A stretch of 60,843 nt of DNA, taken from contig DASSPF010000041.1 of the NCBI GenBank assembly GCA_035699805.1, forward strand, positions 1 to 60,843, in the 5' to 3' direction. This document shows, one piece after another, positions 54,183-60,843 of this stretch. Made by a program: the position numbers and the translations under genes. The DNA is from Candidatus Limnocylindria bacterium. Lineage in GTDB: Bacteria; Chloroflexota; Limnocylindria; P2-11E. Every line of letters begins with the position of its first letter. The first letter of the stretch is position 1. The notes under the pieces are model-generated. The model ran no database searches. It was not told the DNA's origin and was given only the letters and a program-made list of their open reading frames with translations.

Positions 54183-54690
54183 CGATGCCGCCACCGCCGC
54201 CGTCGACGTGACGCCGGCGCGCGTCCTGGTCGCGGGCGTGGGGTACACCAACCTCGCCGACCATTCGGCGGGACTGCACGCGATCGACCGGCTCGGCCGG
54301 ATCGGCGACCACGTGGACGTGGAGGACTTCTCGTACGGCGCGATCGATGTCCTCTTCACGCTGCAGCGGCGTCCTCCGTACCGCAAGGCCGTCTTCATCG
54401 CGGCGGTCGAGCGCGGCGATCCGGTGGGCTCGGTCCGCTGGCAGCGCTGGGAGCGTCCCGCGATCTCGGCGGCCGAGCTCCAGGAGAAGGTCGCCGAGGC
54501 GGTCACCGGCGTGGTGAGCCTGGACAACCTCCTGCACATCACCGCGCACTTCGGCGGGCTGCCGGAGGACGTGGTCGTGGTCGAGATCGAGCCCGGCGAG
54601 GAGCGCTACGGGCCGGCCCCCGGACCGGTCGTGGACGCCGCGATCACCGAGGCGCTGCGCCTCGCGCGGCACGAAGCGGGGATCGCCTGA
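54172..54690 (+). CDS. Divergent HyaD/HybD-like hydrogenase maturation protease paralog
   Basis: VLVAGVGYTNLADHSAG resembles the GxGNxxxxDDGxG motif but is degenerate. The family's (V/I)DA Asp position reads FIAAV. The start could be 54172 or the GTG at 54208. Confidence 0.5.
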   Translation: MSPSDAATAAVDVTPARVLVAGVGYTNLADHSAGLHAIDRLGRIGDHVDVEDFSYGAIDVLFTLQRRPPYRKAVFIAAVERGDPVGSVRWQRWERPAISAAELQEKVAEAVTGVVSLDNLLHITAHFGGLPEDVVVVEIEPGEERYGPAPGPVVDAAITEALRLARHEAGIA

Positions 54691-55058
54691 TGGACGCCGC
54701 GCCGATCCGCGCGAAGGACGAGGTGCTCCAGGTCATGTACTGGATGCTCGGCGAGGGCATCGCCCACGAGGTGACGCCGTCGTACCTCGCGCGCTTCCTG
54801 GTGATCCCGGAAGCGGACGTCGCCGCCGCGCTCGCGCAGCTCGGCCGCGAGCGTCTCGCCCTCCGAGGCGGCGCCGCGGACTCCTACCGGCTGTCGGAGG
54901 ACGGCATCCACGAGGGGGGACGGCGCTTCAAGGACGAATTCAGCGACCTCACCAAGCAGCCGCACGGTGAGTGCGCGCCCGGCTGCTGGTGCCATAAGCC
55001 CGAGGGGGAGGGGAAGCCGTGCCCGAGCACGACGCGCGCGGCCGAACATGCCCACTGA
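54690..55058 (+). CDS. Hydrogenase-cluster hypothetical protein (winged-helix-like N-domain, Cys/His-rich C-terminus)
   Basis: 122 aa. The C-terminus contains HGECAPGCWCH. There is a TGATG overlap with the upstream gene. Confidence 0.6.
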   Translation: MDAAPIRAKDEVLQVMYWMLGEGIAHEVTPSYLARFLVIPEADVAAALAQLGRERLALRGGAADSYRLSEDGIHEGGRRFKDEFSDLTKQPHGECAPGCWCHKPEGEGKPCPSTTRAAEHAH

Positions 55059-55719
55059 TCCGCTGGACCTCGACGCGGAGCTCGCGCGGCTCGAGCGCAT
55101 CATCGGCACGTTCGAGAACGAGACCGACGACGCCGTGCGCGAGCGGGTGTTCGAGCTCCTCGAGAGCGTGGATGCGGTCCACCGTCGTCTGATCTGGACG
55201 CTGGCCGAGCGCCTCTACAACGAGCGCGCGGAGCTCTTCGATCGTTTGCTCGAGGACCCGCTCACCAGCGTGCTGTTCGAGATGTACGGGCTCGTCGCGC
55301 CGTCGCGGCGCGCCGAGGAGGGCGGCGACGCGCCGGCGGCACCGGTCGCGATGGTCGGGCTCGCCGATCTCGAGGCGACCATCCCGGCCCCGCTCGGCTG
55401 GTACGACGCCGGGTCCGCCGACGAGGTGCGCGCCGACGCGCTTGTCGCGCGCGACGTGGAGGGCGAGCGCGTGCTCCTGGTGCGCGCCCCCGGCGGCGTG
55501 AAGGCGTACCGGGACCGCTGTCCCGAGGCCCCGATGCCCCTGAACGCCGCCGTGGTGCGTGACGGGCTCATCCTGTGTCCGTGGCATGACTGCCGGTTCG
55601 ATGTGGAGACCGGCGAGCGGCGTGATCGCGCCGGCGAGGGGCTCGCGAGCATCCCGGTCACCGTCCGCGACGGTGCGGTGCGTCTGGGTCTGCGCATCGG
55701 CCGGCGGTCCGCGGCATGA
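55048..55719 (+). CDS. Hydrogenase-cluster protein with a C-terminal Rieske-like domain (first His ligand replaced)
   Basis: C-P-E-x16-C-P-W-H has the exact Rieske CxH-x16-CxxH spacing, but Glu replaces the first His. The N-domain is helical. Confidence 0.65.
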   Translation: MPTDPLDLDAELARLERIIGTFENETDDAVRERVFELLESVDAVHRRLIWTLAERLYNERAELFDRLLEDPLTSVLFEMYGLVAPSRRAEEGGDAPAAPVAMVGLADLEATIPAPLGWYDAGSADEVRADALVARDVEGERVLLVRAPGGVKAYRDRCPEAPMPLNAAVVRDGLILCPWHDCRFDVETGERRDRAGEGLASIPVTVRDGAVRLGLRIGRRSAA

Positions 55720-56204
55720 CCCGCACGCTCGTCGTCGGCTTCGGCAACGAGCTGCGCGCCGACGACGGCGTGGGGCTTGCCGTCGTGCGGAGCCTTGCCG
55801 CCGCGGGTCTGCCCGACGGCGTGCGGATCGCCGAGGTCGGTATCGGTGGCATCGCGCTGCTGCACGAGCTCCAGGCCGGGTGCGATCGCCTGGTCATCGT
55901 GGACGCGGTGCGCCGCGGTGGCGCCCCGGGGACCGTCTATGTGCTCACTCCGGTGCTGCCCGCGCCGGGCCGCGCGCTCGACGAGCACAACGCGCTCGCG
56001 GACGCGCACTTCGCGGAGCCCTACGCCGCGCTGGTGCTCGCGCGCTCGCTCGGCGTGCTGCCGGCGGACATCAGCGTCGTAGGCATCGAGGCCGCGGAGA
56101 CGGACGAGCTCACCACCGAGCTGACGCCCGCGGTGGCGCGCGCGGTCGCGGTCGCCGCCGATCGCGTGCGGCGTCTTGCCGCGGCCGCGCGGGAGGCCGC
56201 CTGA
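55716..56204 (+). CDS. Hydrogenase maturation endopeptidase (HyaD/HybD family, canonical)
   Basis: LVVGFGNELRADDGVG and LVIVDAV motifs. Confidence 0.88.
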   Translation: MTRTLVVGFGNELRADDGVGLAVVRSLAAAGLPDGVRIAEVGIGGIALLHELQAGCDRLVIVDAVRRGGAPGTVYVLTPVLPAPGRALDEHNALADAHFAEPYAALVLARSLGVLPADISVVGIEAAETDELTTELTPAVARAVAVAADRVRRLAAAAREAA

Positions 56205-56446
56205 TGTGCCAGGGGATCCCGCGTCCGGTGCTCGCGGTCGCGCCGGGCCGGCTGCGCGTCGACATCGACGGGCGGCCCACGTGGGTCGCCGCGGGCGGGG
56301 CGCTCCGCGACGTGACAGCGGGAGAGCACGTCGTCGTGTACGCGGGCGTCGCGCTCGACCGCGTGTCGCCGGAGGAGGCCAGCGAGCAGCTGCGCTTTCT
56401 GCGCGAGCTCGAGGAGCTCTTCCCCGCCACGGAAGACGGCGCATGA
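56204..56446 (+). CDS. hypC: Hydrogenase assembly chaperone HypC/HupF
   Basis: The N-terminal MCQGIP motif is invariant in HypC. The protein is 80 aa. There is a TGATG overlap with the upstream gene. Confidence 0.88.
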   Translation: MCQGIPRPVLAVAPGRLRVDIDGRPTWVAAGGALRDVTAGEHVVVYAGVALDRVSPEEASEQLRFLRELEELFPATEDGA

Positions 56447-57189
56447 CGCTCGAGGCGACGCGGTCGGTGAACGGCACCACCCGGTTCGTGCGCTACGGCT
56501 TCATGCCGAACCGCCTGCGCTACTGCGGGGGTGACGACAACCGCACCATCTTCGAGTACGCCCTCGAGGACGCGCGCGAGCCGACGCTCGACACGATGCT
56601 CCGCGCGTTCAGCGGCGCCGTACCGTATCTGCGGCTCATCGCCCGCGGGAACGGCATCGCCGACCCCTTCGACGAGCGCGTCGTGGAGGCGTACTGGATC
56701 GGCAATCCGCTCCTCGAGCGGGTGGAGGCGAAGGATCTGTACGAGTCGCTCATCGCGCGCTACGGCAAGGAGCTGCCGAAGCGGGTCATGGACCGGGTCG
56801 CCGCCAAGGCGCCCGCGGGGGCGCGCCCGCACCACACCTTCCACGTGTTCGATGTCTGGCGCCACGCCGACCGTGGCTCGGCGGACGTCCTGGCGATGCT
56901 CGACAGCTGCCGCATCAGCTGGGGTGCGGTGACCGCGGTGGAGGGCGCCGAGCTCGTCGTCTCACGGCGGCCGCTCACGCTGCGTGGCGGCAAGCTCGTC
57001 CTCGCCGATGCGCAGCCCGAGCGGGTCACGCGGCTGCTCGACGGGCGCGGCTTCGCCACGGACGTGGCCGTGGGCGACGTGGTGTCATTGCACTGGGGCT
57101 GGGTCTGCGAGCGTCTCGACCCGCGGCAGGCCGCCGCGCTCGAGCGCTACACCGAACATCACCTGCGTCTGGCGAATGGAACGCTCTAA
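56443..57189 (+). CDS. Conserved hypothetical protein of the hydrogenase cluster
   Basis: 248 aa. There is an ATGA overlap with hypC. I cannot assign a catalytic motif (possibly a DUF6390-type protein; unverified). Confidence 0.6.
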   Translation: MTLEATRSVNGTTRFVRYGFMPNRLRYCGGDDNRTIFEYALEDAREPTLDTMLRAFSGAVPYLRLIARGNGIADPFDERVVEAYWIGNPLLERVEAKDLYESLIARYGKELPKRVMDRVAAKAPAGARPHHTFHVFDVWRHADRGSADVLAMLDSCRISWGAVTAVEGAELVVSRRPLTLRGGKLVLADAQPERVTRLLDGRGFATDVAVGDVVSLHWGWVCERLDPRQAAALERYTEHHLRLANGTL

Positions 57190-57202
57190 GGGAGGGTCAC
57201 GC

Positions 57203-58108
57203 ATGAAGGATCGCTCGACTGGGATCGCGCTGGCATTCGGGGCCGCATGCATCAGTGGGTTCTCGGTCTTCCTGAACTCCTTCGCGGTGAAGGAGTTCGG
57301 CGACGCGACGCTGTACACGACCGCGAAGAATCTGGTGGCGGCCGTCCTGCTGGTCGGCATCGTCGCGTTACTCGCCCGTCGTGGCGCCGCCTCGTTCACG
57401 ATGCCGCGGAACGCGCGTGAGCGGATCGGGCTGCTCGTCGTCGGCGTCGTCGGCGGTGGGGTCCCGTTCTACCTGTTCTTCCAGGGGCTCGCGGTGACGA
57501 CGTCCACGTCGGCGGCGTTCATCCAGAAGACGCTCGTCATCTGGGTGGCGGTCCTCGCGGTGAGCTTCCTGCGCGAGCGCTTCGGCCTCCTCCACGCCGC
57601 CGCGATCGGCCTCCTCGTCGCCGGCCAGGCCGCGGCCTCCGGGGGCGTGGGCGGATTCGCCCTGGACCGGGGTGAGGCGCTCGTGTTCATCGCGACGCTC
57701 CTCTGGTCGGTCGAGGTCGTGGTGGCGAAGCCGCTGCTGCGGAGCCTCTCGCCGTTCACCGTCGCCGCGGCGCGCATGGGCATCGGCATCGTCGTGCTCC
57801 TCGCGATCGCCCTGGCCACGGGCGCGTTCGCGAGCCTCGCCTCGATCACCGCGGGTCAGTGGGTCTGGGCGCTGGTCACCGGCGTCGTGCTCACGGCCTA
57901 CGTCACGACGTGGTTCTCGGCGCTCAGCCGGGCGCAGGCGGTGGACGTCACCGCGGTGCTCGTCTTCGGGGCGGTGATCACGGCGATCATCTCGGCCGGG
58001 TATCGCGGGACCTCGCTCGCGCCGAGCGCAGCCGGGCTCGCGCTCATCACGCTCGGCACCCTGCTCATCACGGCCCTCGCGCTGCGGCGCCGGCCCGTCA
58101 CCGCCTGA
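57203..58108 (+). CDS. EamA/DMT-family transporter
   Basis: Ten hydrophobic helices arranged as two EamA-like halves. GGGAGGG lies upstream of the ATG at 57203. Confidence 0.8.
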   Translation: MKDRSTGIALAFGAACISGFSVFLNSFAVKEFGDATLYTTAKNLVAAVLLVGIVALLARRGAASFTMPRNARERIGLLVVGVVGGGVPFYLFFQGLAVTTSTSAAFIQKTLVIWVAVLAVSFLRERFGLLHAAAIGLLVAGQAAASGGVGGFALDRGEALVFIATLLWSVEVVVAKPLLRSLSPFTVAAARMGIGIVVLLAIALATGAFASLASITAGQWVWALVTGVVLTAYVTTWFSALSRAQAVDVTAVLVFGAVITAIISAGYRGTSLAPSAAGLALITLGTLLITALALRRRPVTA

Positions 58109-58117
58109 CCCTCGGAT

Positions 58118-58147
58118 GCGGCGCCGTCCCTTCGGGACGGCGCCGCG
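58118..58147 (+). terminator. Strong hairpin after the EamA gene
   Basis: A perfect 13-bp stem GCGGCGCCGTCCC / GGGACGGCGCCGC with a TTCG tetraloop, followed by GTTCGTCG (a weak U-tract). Confidence 0.6.
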
Positions 58148-58163
58148 TTCGTCGCTACCGCGC

Positions 58164-58982
58164 GTGCTCCTCGTGCTCGGCCGCTGCGAGCCGGTCGCCC
58201 GCCGCACCGCCGCGTGCGAGACTGGCGCCCTGCTCGAGCTCGTCATCCTCCGCACCGGCGGGGTGCGCATCGTCCGGTCCGCCTTCGCGCCGTGGCTCCA
58301 GGGCGCCGCCCGCGACGAGCGCGTGCTCGCGCCGGTCTGGTCGGCGCTCGTGCGTACCGCGGAGGGCAACATCCTCTTCGACACGGGCCTCCATCCGGTG
58401 CACGTGACGCGTCCGGAGGCCACGTTCGGGCGGCGGCCGGGCATGGACGTCGTCATGGAGGCAGAGGACGCGCTGGTCGCGCGTCTTGCCACGCTCGGGG
58501 TCGCGCCCGATGACATCAGCGTCGTGGTGAACAGTCACCTCCACTTCGATCACGCCGGCAACAACGGCGCCTTCCCACGCGCCACCTTCGTGGTCCAGGC
58601 GGAGCATCTTGCGTTCGCCCGCGGCAAGCCCGACTTCCCCGGTGTGTACTGGGATATCCCGGAGCTCACCTACCTGCCGGTGGTCGGTCGCTCGCGCATC
58701 GCGCGCGGCGTCGAGGTCGTACCGACGCCCGGTCACGCGCCGGGGCACCAGTCGCTCCTCGTGGACCTTCCCCAGACCGGTCGCGTGGTGCTCGCGGGCG
58801 ACGCGGCGTTCACACGGGAGAACCTGGAGCGCGCCGAGATCACCGCGTCCGATCCGGTGAGCGCGGGGCGCTCGCTCGCCGAGATCCGCTCGCTCGTCGG
58901 CGACGACCTCACGCGGGTCTTCACCAGCCACGACGCCGCCGCGTGGGAGGGCTGGCGGCGCGCCCCGGACGCGTATCGCTGA
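58164..58982 (+). CDS. MBL-fold metallo-hydrolase (N-acyl-homoserine-lactonase-like)
   Basis: The HxHxDH motif is [10 protein letters not shown], with TPGHAPGH downstream. The longest-ORF start at 58116 lies inside the terminator hairpin, so GTG at 58164 or 58173 is preferred. Confidence 0.8.
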   Translation: MLLVLGRCEPVARRTAACETGALLELVILRTGGVRIVRSAFAPWLQGAARDERVLAPVWSALVRTAEGNILFDTGLHPVHVTRPEATFGRRPGMDVVMEAEDALVARLATLGVAPDDISVVVNSHLHFDHAGNNGAFPRATFVVQAEHLAFARGKPDFPGVYWDIPELTYLPVVGRSRIARGVEVVPTPGHAPGHQSLLVDLPQTGRVVLAGDAAFTRENLERAEITASDPVSAGRSLAEIRSLVGDDLTRVFTSHDAAAWEGWRRAPDAYR

Positions 58983-59034
58983 GCCGCTCGCGTCCGAGCG
59001 CGGTCGTGCCGGAGCGCCGCCCTATCCTGCTCGC

Positions 59035-60576
59035 GTGGGGCCGCTCGAACGCCTTGGGGAGATGCGTCGCAGGGCCGCGGTGGGCGGCGGCGAGGCGCGC
59101 ATCGAGCAGCAGCACGCGAAAGGGAAGCTCACCGCCCGCGAGCGGATCGATCTCCTTCTGGACGACGGGTCGTTCGTCGAGCTCGACGCGTTCGTCCTTC
59201 CGCGGGCCACGCCGCTCGTGCCCGACGAGGAGCGAGCCATGGGTGACGGTGTCGTCACCGGCTGGGGTCTGGTGGACGGGCGCCTCGTGTACGTGTTCTC
59301 CCAGGACTTCACCGTCTTCGGTGGCTCTCTCGCGGAGGCGCATGCGGCGAAGATCTGCAAGGTGATGGACCTTGCGGTCCGCAATGGTGCCCCCATCGTC
59401 GGGCTGAACGACTCCGGTGGGGCGCGCATCCAGGAGGGTGTCGTCTCGCTCGCTGGCTACGCCGACATCTTCCTGCGCAACGTGATGGCATCGGGTGTGG
59501 TGCCGCAGCTGTCGGCGATCCTTGGACCGTGCGCGGGTGGCGCGGTGTACTCGCCCGCGATCACCGACTTCATCGTCATGGTGCGCGATACGTCCTACAT
59601 GTTCGTGACGGGTCCGAACGTGGTGAAGACCGTCACCCACGAGGACGTCACGTTCGACGAGCTGGGCGGCGCCGACGTCCACGCGCGGCGCAGTGGCGTC
59701 GCGCACTTCGAGAGCGACGATGAGGTCGCCTGTCTCGCCCTGCTCCGCCGCCTGCTCTCGTACCTCCCGCAGAACAATCTCGACCCCGCGCCGGTCGTGG
59801 CGAGCGACGACCCCAGCGATCGGCAGGACGAGGAGCTGGACACGCTCGTGCCGGACGTCGCGAGCCGGCCGTACGACATGCTGGAGGTGCTGCGGCGCGT
59901 CGTCGACGACGGCGAGCTCCTTCAGGTGCACGAAGGCTGGGCGCAGAACATCATCTGCGCGTTCGCGCGTCTGGACGGCAGGAGCGTGGGCGTGGTGGCC
60001 CAGCAGCCGATGGTCCTCGCCGGCGTGCTCGACATCGACGCCTCCACCAAGGCGGCGCGCTTCGTGCGCTTCTGCGACGCGTTCAACATCCCGCTCCTGA
60101 CGTTCGTCGACGTCCCGGGCTTCCTCCCGGGCACGGCGCAGGAGCATGGCGGCATCATCCGCAGCGGCGCGAAGCTGCTCTACGCGTACGCGGAGGCCAC
60201 CGTGCCCAAGCTCACGGTCATCACGCGCAAGGCCTACGGTGGTGCCTACGACGTCATGTCGAGCAAGCACATCCGCGGCGACTACAACGTCGCCTGGCCG
60301 AGCGCCCAGATCGCCGTCATGGGCCCCGAGGGGGCGGTGAACATCCTGTACAAGGACGAGCTCGCGAAGGCCGCGGACCCCGAGGCCCTGCGCAAGCGCC
60401 TCGTCGCGGAGTACGTGGAGCAGTTCGCCGATCCGTACGTCGCCGCCGCTCGCGGCTACATCGACGACGTCATCGAGCCGCACGCGACGCGACCCCGGCT
60501 CATCGCGGCGCTCCGCTCGCTCGCCGCGAAGCGCGACACCAACCCGCGGCGCAAGCACGGCAACATCCCACTCTGA
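59035..60576 (+). CDS. Acyl-CoA carboxylase carboxyltransferase beta subunit (propionyl-CoA carboxylase / methylmalonyl-CoA carboxyltransferase type)
   Basis: [39 protein letters not shown] and AYGGAY are typical of the PccB/AccD5 family. Confidence 0.92.
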   Translation: MGPLERLGEMRRRAAVGGGEARIEQQHAKGKLTARERIDLLLDDGSFVELDAFVLPRATPLVPDEERAMGDGVVTGWGLVDGRLVYVFSQDFTVFGGSLAEAHAAKICKVMDLAVRNGAPIVGLNDSGGARIQEGVVSLAGYADIFLRNVMASGVVPQLSAILGPCAGGAVYSPAITDFIVMVRDTSYMFVTGPNVVKTVTHEDVTFDELGGADVHARRSGVAHFESDDEVACLALLRRLLSYLPQNNLDPAPVVASDDPSDRQDEELDTLVPDVASRPYDMLEVLRRVVDDGELLQVHEGWAQNIICAFARLDGRSVGVVAQQPMVLAGVLDIDASTKAARFVRFCDAFNIPLLTFVDVPGFLPGTAQEHGGIIRSGAKLLYAYAEATVPKLTVITRKAYGGAYDVMSSKHIRGDYNVAWPSAQIAVMGPEGAVNILYKDELAKAADPEALRKRLVAEYVEQFADPYVAAARGYIDDVIEPHATRPRLIAALRSLAAKRDTNPRRKHGNIPL

Positions 60577-60592
60577 CGTAGGAGGAGGGCAC

Positions 60593-60843
60593 ATGTACGG
60601 CACGATCGCGCGTCTGAAGGTGCGCAAGGACAAGCTTCGCGAATTCTTCGCCCTGGGCAAGGAATGGGACGACCGGGAGCGCAAGCGCGCGCTGGGGTAC
60701 GTCGGGTCGGAGATCCTCTGGGAGGATCGTGAGGAGGGCCGCGCCTGCCTGGTCGTCCATTTCACCAGCCGCGAGTCCTACGCGAAGAACGCCGACTCGC
60801 CCGAGCAGGATGCCTTCTATCAGCGGATGCGGGCCTGCCTCGA
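60593..60843 (+). CDS. Small ABM (antibiotic-biosynthesis-monooxygenase)-like protein, 3' end off the window
   Basis: My own translation from the ATG at 60593, which follows AGGAGGAGGG, is MYGTIARLKVRKDKLREFFALGKEWDDRERKRALGYVGSEILWEDREEGRACLVVHFTSRESYAKNADSPEQDAFYQRMRACL. The frame is still open at the window end. Confidence 0.55.
   Translation, partial: MYGTIARLKVRKDKLREFFALGKEWDDRERKRALGYVGSEILWEDREEGRACLVVHFTSRESYAKNADSPEQDAFYQRMRACL

Noticed and set aside
51795-54542. A 915-aa minus-strand ORF, the longest in the hydrogenase region.
   Set aside because: It is antisense to the [NiFe] large subunit, whose RACGVCGGVH and DPCMPCTTH motifs fix the plus-strand frame. The minus-strand ORF has no recognisable motifs.
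1-60843. A scan for CRISPR arrays, tandem DNA repeats, IS elements/transposases/integrases, tRNA and rRNA genes.
   Set aside because: No periodic direct repeats, no transposase- or integrase-like ORFs and no intergenic space with tRNA-like structure were seen. Apart from the T-box leader, the intergenic regions are too short, at most about 160 bp.

Overview
This is a very GC-rich bacterial chromosomal segment. Its style looks like Actinomycetota or Chloroflexota: a T-box leader, an FhaA/FhaB-RodA-PbpA block, and pervasive ATGA/GTGA stop-start overlaps. I can support about 65 protein genes. I saw no rRNA, tRNA, CRISPR array, transposase or integrase. Gene order from left to right: a GAF/HD-GYP/GGDEF signalling protein; a T-box-controlled valS; a sugar ABC importer on the minus strand; an FmdB zinc ribbon gene followed by fhaA-fhaB-rodA-pbpA; a MoxR-DUF58-transglutaminase triad; housekeeping genes (YbaK deacylase, SDR epimerase, class V aminotransferase, rpe, a sigma factor, an M20 amidohydrolase). 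Next comes a roughly 15.7 kb tightly coupled short-chain acyl-CoA operon: MerR regulator, thiolase, Hbd, three acyl-CoA dehydrogenases, EtfBA plus an EtfD-like membrane Fe-S oxidoreductase, a split B12 acyl-CoA mutase with an isobutyryl-CoA-mutase-like signature, and MeaB. After that are a peptide ABC importer on the minus strand and a MerR-headed [NiFe]-hydrogenase operon, then an EamA transporter, an MBL hydrolase, a carboxyltransferase and a partial ABM-like gene. Three observations stand out. (1) The CooC-type Ni-insertion ATPase at the head of the hydrogenase operon has a single in-frame TGA exactly at the first Cys of its CxC metal site, followed by a SECIS-like hairpin, so it is a candidate selenoprotein. 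(2) Four tandem paralogous genes for single-pass membrane proteins of about 100 aa sit between the hydrogenase small and large subunit genes. (3) A 577-aa protein made of four tandem DinB-like four-helix-bundle repeats is wedged between the catalytic and B12-binding subunits of the mutase and is translationally coupled to both. All calls come from reading the sequence and the translated ORFs; no database search was run.
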